From positions 1 through 29,322 of the IMG/VR virus record IMGVR_UViG_3300032053_003815: DNA of 29,322 nt, one strand, 5' to 3'. Shown piece after piece: positions 1-7,474 of this stretch. The notes below the pieces were generated by a model. The model made no database searches. It was not told where the DNA came from and was given only the letters and a program-made list of their open reading frames with translations. The stretch's first letter is position 1, and each line of letters begins with the position of its first letter. The DNA comes from a virus. Lineage: Duplodnaviria; Caudoviricetes. The position numbers and the translations under genes were made by a program.

Positions 1-1445
1 GCTGACTTACCTGTATTTTCTTCTGCCGCAATTACGTACATCCCATTTTGAATACCATCTAACTTTTCTGTCATTATTGGAAACTGCGCAATATTCATCC
101 CTAACAACTTTCCACGAGTATTTGCCCATTGCTCAAATAAGAAAATCTCTTTCGAGAGGTTATCTCTTTCGTTAACTATATCCTGAGTAGTTACTCCATA
201 GTCTCCTAACTTTTCTTTTTCAATTCGTTCTATCTCACTCAATACTGTCTCTACTTTTACACTTGCTGCCTTTGCTAGTTTCTTGCACATATGCTCTTTT
301 TCTATAAAGCTACTTTCATTTGAAACGTACTTGAGAATAGCCTCTTTACTTGCTTTCTCTAAGTTAGATTCGATATATTTCTGTAACTTAAAGTCAAAGA
401 TTGATCGTTGCTCTTGCTTCTGAAACTCCTCTACACCAAACTTCTTAATAAAATCGTCTGGGTCCAATCCATCTTTTAATTGCAGAATTGCTACCGTAAA
501 TTCATCCTTATGGGCTAAAGAGTCAATTATAGTATTCATTGCCTCTTGACCTGGTCCGTCTCCATCCAAACATAAGATAACCTTTTTAACCTTATTTTTT
601 ACTAACGCTTGAATGTGTTGTTCTGATAAAGCAGTTCCACAAAGCGCTACCACATTCTTAATTCCTGCACTAACTAAACCCCAAACGTCCATATATCCTT
701 CAACTATAAATACTGTTTCGTAATTTTTAGCGTTGTTAAAGTTAAACAATACCTCTGACTTCTTGTAAATTTGACTAGTAGAAGAGTTGTAATACTTCTC
801 TGAGATATCGTTCTTAATTTTTCTACTTCCAAAAGCAACTATCCTATTCCAAGTATCGTGAACGGGAATCAATAAACGTTCATGAAGCAACATACGAGAT
901 AATCCTGCATTCGTGATATCTGTCTCTGTATAACCTTTCGAAGATAAAAATGCAGTCAACTTTTCATAGTTGCACCAACCAAATTTTGCTTCTACTTCTA
1001 TACCTGCTAACTGTCTTTCTTCTACATACTTTTTAGCTTCTGGAGTTACTAGATAAGTCTTGTGCGCAGCATCTCTAATCAATGCTAGCATTCCTCTTAA
1101 TTTCTTTCCTTCGATATCGGCAGTATCCTCTTCTGATTGAACACTAATACTATAACGATTCGCTAGTTCAATAGTTGTCTCAATAAAGTCTCTTCCTTCA
1201 ACAGGTAATCCTTCTACCATACTGGCTGCGGTAAAGATATCTCCAGAACTATTGCACACAAAACAATGAAAGTGTTCTTCATCTGGATAGAAAGAACATG
1301 CTGGTTTATTATCCTCATTCTTATGCATCTTCTTATTTGGACATGTAAAGTGTCCTCCAATAAAAGTTGTATCGTGGTCTTCTAAATACTGTTTTAGATA
1401 TGGTTTTAATTGGTCTGTAACTTCCTGCAAGTTATTTATTCTCAT
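1..1445 (-). CDS. DNA primase-helicase fusion (CHC2-type Zn finger + DnaG Toprim + start of DnaB-like helicase), truncated by window edge
   Basis: Not in the ORF track; translated by hand from ATG 1445 (ATGA overlap with the previous stop). MRINNLQ...CPNKKMH...FHCFVC (Zn finger), KYYNS, IVEGYMDV and LDGDGPG (Toprim), DPDDF, then LDGIQNGMYVIAAEENTGKS (Walker A) in the same frame at the left edge. Confidence 0.9.
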   Translation of the reverse strand, partial: MRINNLQEVTDQLKPYLKQYLEDHDTTFIGGHFTCPNKKMHKNEDNKPACSFYPDEEHFHCFVCNSSGDIFTAASMVEGLPVEGRDFIETTIELANRYSISVQSEEDTADIEGKKLRGMLALIRDAAHKTYLVTPEAKKYVEERQLAGIEVEAKFGWCNYEKLTAFLSSKGYTETDITNAGLSRMLLHERLLIPVHDTWNRIVAFGSRKIKNDISEKYYNSSTSQIYKKSEVLFNFNNAKNYETVFIVEGYMDVWGLVSAGIKNVVALCGTALSEQHIQALVKNKVKKVILCLDGDGPGQEAMNTIIDSLAHKDEFTVAILQLKDGLDPDDFIKKFGVEEFQKQEQRSIFDFKLQKYIESNLEKASKEAILKYVSNESSFIEKEHMCKKLAKAASVKVETVLSEIERIEKEKLGDYGVTTQDIVNERDNLSKEIFLFEQWANTRGKLLGMNIAQFPIMTEKLDGIQNGMYVIAAEENTGKS

Positions 1446-2182
1446 ATTTTCCTTAGTCTACCATCTTCGTCTTTAGTGTATCCTTTATTGATCGAAGATG
1501 TCTTTACTGTTGTAAGATAGTCCTTTAGGCACAAAGGAAGAAATCCTACAATAAAAGAAGAGTTAAATGTTTTTGCTTTCGATAAAAAACTCCACTTTAA
1601 AAACTCCTTAATGGTATTTTCATTAAAACCATCGAATGACATATCGAAAATTATTTTCTTCAATGTCTGTAAATCTTTTGCTTGATTTGGGGGTGTGTAT
1701 TCTCTACCAAACATCTTTAAATGCCACTGACAAAATAAGTCGAATAACTCGAATGGAGTAATCTTCGTGTCTTTAATCTCTGGGTCTTTAATTAGTTCTT
1801 TGCGTAGGTCAAGTTCATTAAGTATCATAAGATAACTGTGTTTGTTGTATCCATATCCTACTAACTTGCATATCTTATAAAAAGTTGATTCTGCTGTTGG
1901 CATCCATTCTTTACAATGAGCATTGAATATGTAGTAACCTTTTCCAGCTGAAATGTAAACCGTCTCTGGTACTACTTCTGCTGAGAACTTTAAAATATTT
2001 TTTTGTACTAGCTTTTCTAATTCAAGAAAAAGACTGTCTTTCGTTAACTCTAATAAGGTACGTAAATTACGTCCTGGTACTTCTCCCCAAAGAGTGTTTT
2101 GCTCTAAGTGGAAAAGTATCAGGACGATTGATTGTTCTTTTGGATTCAAACCCACTAAAAGGGTTGCTATATACTGTTGCAT
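1442..2182 (-). CDS. Hypothetical protein, possibly replication initiator / helicase loader
   Basis: 246-aa ORF coupled (ATGA) to the primase-helicase. The N-terminus is compatible with a winged helix and the C-terminus is helical. Function is inferred from position only. Confidence 0.45.
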   Translation of the reverse strand: MQQYIATLLVGLNPKEQSIVLILFHLEQNTLWGEVPGRNLRTLLELTKDSLFLELEKLVQKNILKFSAEVVPETVYISAGKGYYIFNAHCKEWMPTAESTFYKICKLVGYGYNKHSYLMILNELDLRKELIKDPEIKDTKITPFELFDLFCQWHLKMFGREYTPPNQAKDLQTLKKIIFDMSFDGFNENTIKEFLKWSFLSKAKTFNSSFIVGFLPLCLKDYLTTVKTSSINKGYTKDEDGRLRKI

Positions 2183-2188
2183 ACTTTT

Positions 2189-2201
2189 ATTATAACTTAA
2201 A
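2189..2201 (-). promoter_or_regulatory. TTTAAGTTATAAT motif (putative -10-type promoter), copy 1
   Basis: An identical 13-mer occurs at 4691-4703. TATAAT lies 6 nt before ATG 2182, which has no Shine-Dalgarno. Confidence 0.5.
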
Positions 2202-2913
2202 ACTGCGTTGTATTGCTAATCTTGAACCCAGTAGGAGTGGGGACAACTTGAACATCATTTGCTGTCTTCATCTCTTCCTGTTTATTTAAACGTGCTTCTA
2301 ATTCATCAAGACGACGTTCTTCATATGACCTACCTAACTTATAAGTAACTTTTGCTCCAAAGATGTTATTGTTATTGTTCACATCTCTACCAGCATAAAT
2401 ACTCCAAGTAGTTTTCTTAGTATCCAATACACGAACTTCTCCAATAAGTTCATATCTATCCTCTAATCCTTTACCTTGAGGACCTTGAATACCTTGATCA
2501 CCTTTCTTACCTTCATCTCCCTTATCGCCTTTATCACCGTTCTTCCCATCTTGACCGTTATCTCCTTTAGAACCTTCATTTCCTTGTTCTCCTTGAAGAC
2601 CTACTTCACCTTGGTCTCCCTTTTCACCATCGACGCCATTAACACCATCAACGCCATTAGTACCGTTAATGCCATCTTGACCATTTAAACCAGGAATACC
2701 CTGCTCTCCTTGAGCACCTGTATCTCCCTTTTCACCTTTAAGTCCTAACGCATCTGGACTTGTCCAAACACCAATACTATCCTTTCCGTGATTCTCCCCA
2801 GTGGCGACAAATAGATATCCAGCATTGCCACTATTGTCACTTTGGACGCCACCAGCAAAAACATTTGAAGCTAGCGCGAGCATAAAAACAATTGTTAAAA
2901 CTAACTTCTTCAT
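2197..2913 (-). CDS. Secreted collagen-like (Gly-X-Y) protein with signal peptide
   Basis: Start moved to ATG 2913 (SD AAGGAG). MKKLVLTIVFMLALASNVFA is a typical Sec signal peptide. It is followed by about 30 uninterrupted G-X-Y triplets, amphipathic beta-strands and a short coiled coil. Confidence 0.85.
   Translation of the reverse strand: MKKLVLTIVFMLALASNVFAGGVQSDNSGNAGYLFVATGENHGKDSIGVWTSPDALGLKGEKGDTGAQGEQGIPGLNGQDGINGTNGVDGVNGVDGEKGDQGEVGLQGEQGNEGSKGDNGQDGKNGDKGDKGDEGKKGDQGIQGPQGKGLEDRYELIGEVRVLDTKKTTWSIYAGRDVNNNNNIFGAKVTYKLGRSYEERRLDELEARLNKQEEMKTANDVQVVPTPTGFKISNTTQF
2467..2745 (-). repeat. Collagen Gly-X-Y repeat tract (about 30 triplets)
   Basis: GLKGEKGDTGAQGEQ...GDQGIQGPQGKG. 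Confidence 0.95.
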
Positions 2914-2936
2914 CTTAATCTCCTTTGATTGATCGA

Positions 2937-3248
2937 TTAACCTTCCCATTTAACTTCTTCTATTTGAAACTGTCCTTTCTCTATATTATCTAGCTTCTCG
3001 GACAGTGCTTTTTTATCCACTTGAAAAATTTGAATATGAATCTCTGCATGAAATAACTTACGTAAAACCTGGTGAACGATTTCTTTTAAAGTAGGTTCAC
3101 ACATTCCTACAGTAAGCATATTAGAGTATTTCTCTAATACCACAAATCCATATTCCTTAAATAGATTGGTAGGAACTTGATTTGTTAACTCCTTATCTAA
3201 CTCGTAATTCTCAATACTTAAAAATGGGGTCTTAAAGTGTGAGTACAT
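2937..3248 (-). CDS. Stand-alone PilB/GspE N-terminal (T2SSE_N / PF05157-like) domain protein
   Basis: PFLSIENYELDKELTNQVPTNLFKEYGFVVLEKYSNMLTVGMCEP...LRKLFHAEIHIQIFQVDKKALSEKL follows the remembered consensus 'p.i.L..y.id..l...ip..la.ky..iP.......LtvAm.dP...l.....v....a....i...i'. There is no ATPase domain. SD AAGGAG. Confidence 0.7.
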   Translation of the reverse strand: MYSHFKTPFLSIENYELDKELTNQVPTNLFKEYGFVVLEKYSNMLTVGMCEPTLKEIVHQVLRKLFHAEIHIQIFQVDKKALSEKLDNIEKGQFQIEEVKWEG

Positions 3249-3256
3249 TTTTCTCC

Positions 3257-3502
3257 TTATACTTGTTTACGGTCACACTTAAAATGCTCTCCATACTGAC
3301 GACGCATTTTAACGTAACACTTATACATTAACAATTTACATCCTTCACATTGAAGTGGTGCTAGTTTTGCTTTCTCTTTCTCTTCTTGTTTCTTAATCAC
3401 TGCTTTAGGTGGTTCTTTAAAACCGCAATTCTCATCCATCCTATCATACATTCTATTCCGTACATCTTGAGAGTGTTTTGCTCTTTCATCTTTCATTCCC
3501 AT
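3257..3502 (-). CDS. Small hypothetical protein with Cys motifs (CEGC, C, C)
   Basis: ORF track 3257..3523; start moved to ATG 3502 after SD AAAGGAG. Confidence 0.65.
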   Translation of the reverse strand: MGMKDERAKHSQDVRNRMYDRMDENCGFKEPPKAVIKKQEEKEKAKLAPLQCEGCKLLMYKCYVKMRRQYGEHFKCDRKQV

Positions 3503-3503
3503 A

Positions 3504-3806
3504 TTAGTTTTCTCCTTTCGCAAAATCTTCTCTAAATTTTAATCGAAGTTCTCCCATAAGATTAAAAAAGATTCGTCTATGCTCACAACGTGTTAGTGGA
3601 TTAGTTACCTTATCAATTTCCTTAAATACTTGTTCTGCTCCATACCACCTAATACAATTCTGCATATTGTCTTTTACTGAATGGGGTGTATTTGTAACTG
3701 AAGCTAGAAGTGCGTTACACATTGGACACGTAACTTCTCCTTCCCATTCTTCATCAGATACATCCATTATGTATCCACAACGTTTATTCGAACACTTCAT
3801 CTGCAT
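3504..3806 (-). CDS. Zinc-ribbon protein (CSNKRC...CPMC) with helical C-terminal domain
   Basis: SD AAGGAG; first gene downstream of the promoter at 3839-3867. Confidence 0.75.
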   Translation of the reverse strand: MQMKCSNKRCGYIMDVSDEEWEGEVTCPMCNALLASVTNTPHSVKDNMQNCIRWYGAEQVFKEIDKVTNPLTRCEHRRIFFNLMGELRLKFREDFAKGEN

Positions 3807-3838
3807 AGGCTACTCCTTTCTTATTGTATCTTAATATA

Positions 3839-3867
3839 AGTATAAGATACAAAGTAAGAAATTTCAA
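3839..3867 (-). promoter_or_regulatory. Early sigma70-type promoter (TTGAAA-17-TATACT)
   Basis: -35 at 3867-3862, -10 at 3844-3839, 17-bp spacer; one of four related copies. Confidence 0.8.
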
Positions 3868-3870
3868 GGG

Positions 3871-4650
3871 CTACTTTAAATCTACTGTATAAAACTTGTT
3901 AGCGAGATTCTCTAACTCCCATTGACGACATCGAAGATTCTCTAAGTCACGTGTCTTAGCAACGTGAGAAATATAATACGTAACTTGATTGTAGAGACCC
4001 CAAACAGTCTTATCTTTGCCTTGACCATATTCAGATAAGATTTGTTCTGCCGCTTTTTGAGGAAGGTTACCATTAATTAAATCACTAACCTTAATACGGT
4101 CTGGTTCAATCTTTGCCCATTCTTTCCATGTATTAGCTGTTGCTAAGATAGGAGCAATTCTACTCTCTAACTTAGTTCTGACTGTATCTTGACTGAACCC
4201 ATCTAAACCTTGAAGAGAAAAACGACCACATTCACGTGGGATAGTTAATCCATTTTTACAAACAAGACGATGAGCGAAAGCACGTACCATCCTAAGAAGA
4301 CCCATATCGAATGCATTGATAATCTCAATACCAAAGTTAACCTTATCATCAGCTGTCAATGAGTTATCAACTGTTGCTTGTGCTTTCTTAAATCCATAGC
4401 GAAAAGAGGTAACCTTCCTTCCTTTCATAACCTGTACCTGCTGTAATTCCAAATCTAATCCCTCACTTAACTCTTGCATTGTATCATGGATCGTTTTGTT
4501 CTGAATCAACTTGTAACGATTGCCTACTAACCCGATTACGTTGCCAGTTGTCTCATCTACTGTGGCGAGACGATTATTGACAATCTCATCTTTCCTTTCG
4601 ACTGTTTCAATCTGTTTTAAAGCTACTTTATAATCCCATTGGTTTTCCAT
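3871..4650 (-). CDS. DUF932-family (LGT_TIGR03299-like) phage protein
   Basis: IGLVGNRYKLIQN, IINAFD and RLVCKNGL motifs, plus a C-terminal TVWGLYNQVTYYISH, are typical of DUF932 proteins. SD AGGAGG. Confidence 0.8.
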   Translation of the reverse strand: MENQWDYKVALKQIETVERKDEIVNNRLATVDETTGNVIGLVGNRYKLIQNKTIHDTMQELSEGLDLELQQVQVMKGRKVTSFRYGFKKAQATVDNSLTADDKVNFGIEIINAFDMGLLRMVRAFAHRLVCKNGLTIPRECGRFSLQGLDGFSQDTVRTKLESRIAPILATANTWKEWAKIEPDRIKVSDLINGNLPQKAAEQILSEYGQGKDKTVWGLYNQVTYYISHVAKTRDLENLRCRQWELENLANKFYTVDLK

Positions 4651-4690
4651 TTACTTCCTCCTTGTTAGGTAGTTTGATTGCGTTACATTG

Positions 4691-4703
4691 ATTATAACTT
4701 AAA
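4691..4703 (-). promoter_or_regulatory. TTTAAGTTATAAT motif (putative -10-type promoter), copy 2
   Basis: Intergenic, 40 nt upstream of the DUF932 gene start; identical to 2189-2201. Confidence 0.5.
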
Positions 4704-4705
4704 TC

Positions 4706-4951
4706 CTAAATTTCTCTGTCTAACGGTTTAAGTAAATTTCTAGGAGTATAATGAGCAACTCCACCTACATATGAATTACATACGTCTGGTGCTTCATCAA
4801 ATAAATCTACGTCTGGGTGCGAAAGAGAAGCAGAAACTGCTAAAACTTGTTGTCGTGCATCTTCTCGTGCTTCTTCCAAAGTTTTGGACCCATCTTTGTT
4901 TTCGATAAATACATCTAAATAAATACTCGCTCGAAATCTAAATCTTTCCAT
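4706..4951 (-). CDS. Hypothetical protein
   Basis: ORF track 4706..4969; likely start ATG 4951 after SD AAGGAG. Confidence 0.6.
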   Translation of the reverse strand: MERFRFRASIYLDVFIENKDGSKTLEEAREDARQQVLAVSASLSHPDVDLFDEAPDVCNSYVGGVAHYTPRNLLKPLDREI

Positions 4952-5876
4952 AGTGACACTCCTTTTCATTTTTATCTGTTCGAATTCTTACAAACGAAGG
5001 ATGTCGATATCTATGAGTCTCTTCAAAAAGTTCACACGCACTAAACTCAATGATAAAAGTTTCTCCTTTATCTAATCGTTCTTTAAACTCTACTCGTTCT
5101 TTAAAATCTACTCCACCACACTCTGCTACTTCTACCAGAGAACCATCCTCTAAATATTGATGAACCGTCAGAGTACCTAATCCATGTTCAAACTTAGTTC
5201 CAGGAGTCCCATACTTATATCCTTTTACAATACCGTCATAGTTAGCTACCTTCTTTATTTTAACCCAAGTGTTAGCAGGTCGTTTATCTTCCTTATAAAT
5301 ACCATCTAAGTTCTTTAACATAATTCCTTCTGCCTTTTCTCTCATAGCCTTTGCAAATAAATCTCTCTTAGCTTCCTCTCCTTTATGTATTTCACACAAC
5401 CTAATATACTTTTGAGGAAACGAGTTAAACAGTGCCTCTAATAGGTGTCTTCTCTCCTTATAGGGTCTATTTCTCAAGTCTACCCCATCTAGCTCGAGGA
5501 TATCAAACACTTTATACACCAGCGGGTCATCTTTCTGCAGAGCCAAAGCTCGTTCTGGTAAAGAACCCATTATTCCTTGAACTCGTTTAAAATTTCTTCC
5601 TTCTACCACATCTACCTCTCCATCGAGAACTGTATTGATCGGAAAATGTTTCAAAGCCTCTTCACATATCTGAGGAACATTCTTTACCTTATCTACCTGT
5701 CCACCTTTTACAGACTCAGTACGAGAAGAAAACATACATCCTTCTTTTCTAATCTGAAAACAGTATCTACTCCCATCATACTTCATTTCAGCTATCCAGT
5801 TATTGTCAGAGTAAAGTAAATCTAACTTCTCTGGTTTTACTGAATCCGCACACATTGGTTTTATTTGAGTGAACAT
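4938..5876 (-). CDS. lig: ATP-dependent DNA ligase
   Basis: Motif I EMKYDGSR, III LDGEV, IIIa VFDIL, IV EGIMLK, V WVKIKK, VI RHPSFVRIRTDK. Start moved to ATG 5876 (SD AGGAG) because the longer ORF start lies in the promoter -35. Confidence 0.95.
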   Translation of the reverse strand: MFTQIKPMCADSVKPEKLDLLYSDNNWIAEMKYDGSRYCFQIRKEGCMFSSRTESVKGGQVDKVKNVPQICEEALKHFPINTVLDGEVDVVEGRNFKRVQGIMGSLPERALALQKDDPLVYKVFDILELDGVDLRNRPYKERRHLLEALFNSFPQKYIRLCEIHKGEEAKRDLFAKAMREKAEGIMLKNLDGIYKEDKRPANTWVKIKKVANYDGIVKGYKYGTPGTKFEHGLGTLTVHQYLEDGSLVEVAECGGVDFKERVEFKERLDKGETFIIEFSACELFEETHRYRHPSFVRIRTDKNEKECHYGKI

Positions 5877-5895
5877 ATTTTTATCTCCTATTATA

Positions 5896-5924
5896 AGTAT
5901 AGGATACTTTTCTTGAAAAATCAA
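5896..5924 (-). promoter_or_regulatory. Early sigma70-type promoter (TTGATT-17-TATACT)
   Basis: TTGATT TTTCAAGAAAAGTATCC TATACT TATAAT, upstream of the ligase SD. Confidence 0.85.
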
Positions 5925-6406
5925 GCCCTTCTGTGAAGATATTTATAAAGATTTTTCTTGGACTCTTTAATCTCATTCACATCGTGATTTAAAACTGTCT
6001 CTTCTATCTCTCCATAGGGACTTTCTACAAAGTCTTCTAGTGTTCCATCATCTCCTGGTCTAATAGGACTATTAAGAGAAATTAAAGTAAGGAACTGACT
6101 CTTGCCATCACCACCTCGTTTTTTCTTTGTAAGTCTTTGAAGAGTATCCGTAGGGTCACCTCTCATTGAGTTGAAGAGATAAGTGATAAACTTTCCTCTA
6201 CTTCTATTATACTTCTCAAGTCTTCCCATTACCACAATTGCTAACTCTTGCATCATATCTTCGTATTCAGTCTGGGTTAGTTTACGAATATACTCTGCTC
6301 TTGTTTTTAGAAAAGGTTTTAACTGTAAAATAATCTTGCCTAAAATTACACTATCACGTGTCTCCATCCAACTGTCTACTAGGTCTTGCAAGATGTCTTT
6401 TTCCAT
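5921..6406 (-). CDS. Sigma70-family sigma factor-like protein (region 2/3, apparently no region 4)
   Basis: EYEDMMQELAIVVMGRLEKYNRSRGKFITYLFNSMRG matches region 2; ISLNSPIRPGDDGTLEDFV matches region 3.2; the ORF ends about 30 aa later. Confidence 0.8.
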   Translation of the reverse strand: MEKDILQDLVDSWMETRDSVILGKIILQLKPFLKTRAEYIRKLTQTEYEDMMQELAIVVMGRLEKYNRSRGKFITYLFNSMRGDPTDTLQRLTKKKRGGDGKSQFLTLISLNSPIRPGDDGTLEDFVESPYGEIEETVLNHDVNEIKESKKNLYKYLHRRA

Positions 6407-6421
6407 ATGATGTCCTTTCGT

Positions 6422-6748
6422 TTATTTATTTAAACCTAAATCCCAACCACGTTTCTTTTCTCCATTATTCTGAGAGCATAACATACACTTCCATTTCGCT
6501 CTTACTTCTGCTGTATAGATTGATGGATCGCCTACTCTCATATTCATCACCTTACCACATTGACCTGTACAGAGAATCTCAATATACTTTCTATCGTCAG
6601 GATATTTCTCTTTCAGTTTCTGTTGTTTAGTCTTTGGTTTAGTCTCTGTCTTATCCTTAGGTTTGCAGTAACTACAATACTCTCCTTCGGGTAAGTCCAT
6701 TAATCCTTCACATATTTTACATCGTCTAGTTCCGTATCTATCTTCCAT
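6422..6748 (-). CDS. Hypothetical protein with two Cys4 zinc-binding motifs
   Basis: CKIC..CSYC and CTGQC..CMLC; SD GAGGTG. Confidence 0.7.
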   Translation of the reverse strand: MEDRYGTRRCKICEGLMDLPEGEYCSYCKPKDKTETKPKTKQQKLKEKYPDDRKYIEILCTGQCGKVMNMRVGDPSIYTAEVRAKWKCMLCSQNNGEKKRGWDLGLNK

Positions 6749-6921
6749 TATTCACCTCGCAGTATCTTCTTTAATATATCTAGCATAAAGATTTTGACTG
6801 TTGGACAAAGACGATAAATTTCACTAATCTTTTGTTCAGTTCCCTCAAGACCAAATCTAGCAATTGAGTCTCTAAGATTTTCTCGTGCTTGCATTTCAAT
6901 TATCTTTTCCATTGGTTTCAT
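6748..6921 (-). CDS. Small hypothetical protein (57 aa), not in ORF track
   Basis: MKPMEKIIEMQARENLRDSIARFGLEGTEQKISEIYRLCPTVKIFMLDILKKILRGE; ATGA and TAATG overlaps with both neighbours; SD GGAG. Confidence 0.7.
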   Translation of the reverse strand: MKPMEKIIEMQARENLRDSIARFGLEGTEQKISEIYRLCPTVKIFMLDILKKILRGE

Positions 6922-7052
6922 TCTTCATCTCCGTCGTCACAAGAACATCTTCCAGTACAACCACAATCGAGAGTTTTTTCTGTCTGTTCTTTTTGTCTCT
7001 CTTGAAACTCGAAAAAGTCTACTACACTATTCCCTGAACCAGGTATAGTCAT
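6918..7052 (-). CDS. 44-aa peptide with C-terminal Cys cluster, not in ORF track
   Basis: MTIPGSGNSVVDFFEFQERQKEQTEKTLDCGCTGRCSCDDGDEE; TAATG and ATGA coupling; SD AAGGAG. Confidence 0.65.
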   Translation of the reverse strand: MTIPGSGNSVVDFFEFQERQKEQTEKTLDCGCTGRCSCDDGDEE

Positions 7053-7303
7053 TATTTTGTCTCCTTGATGATTCCACAACCTTCGTATTTTAAAAGAGCG
7101 TTATAGAAGTAAAATTGTAACTTAGTCAAGGTTCCGATAAGACTGATATCCTTTAGCATCTTAAACTTGTCTTCCACTTTAATTCCACTTTCTTTAACTC
7201 TATCCGTGAAAATTACTTTTGCTAATTCTAACTGTCCTTTTCCACACGCGTCATTAAACTCATCTACAACATCGTTAAGGATACTTTTGATAGCTACTTT
7301 CAT
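7052..7303 (-). CDS. Hypothetical protein (83 aa)
   Basis: Strong SD AAGGAGG; fills the operon. Confidence 0.75.
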   Translation of the reverse strand: MKVAIKSILNDVVDEFNDACGKGQLELAKVIFTDRVKESGIKVEDKFKMLKDISLIGTLTKLQFYFYNALLKYEGCGIIKETK

Positions 7304-7312
7304 ATTTCCTCC

Positions 7313-7474
7313 TTAGCAGTTGATGAATACCATATTTTGAAGTTTTAAATCAGACATCTGACTCAATCGAACTCTTTCTAAACGACATCCTTCAGTTAAC
7401 TGCTCGATACTCTTCCCATAATTCATTGATAGGAAGTTTCTTAACAATAAGTCTATCATTTCTTCACGTGTCAT
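7313..7474 (-). CDS. Small protein MTREEMIDLL... (53 aa), nested in-frame in ORF 7313..7795
   Basis: Has its own promoter (7496-7524) and a perfect SD TAAGGAGG before ATG 7474. Confidence 0.7.
   Translation of the reverse strand: MTREEMIDLLLRNFLSMNYGKSIEQLTEGCRLERVRLSQMSDLKLQNMVFINC

Noticed and set aside
5877-5924. N-terminal extension of the ligase given in the ORF track (similar cases at 2949, 3523, 4969)
   Set aside because: The extension is translated promoter or overlap sequence; downstream ATGs have proper SD sites.
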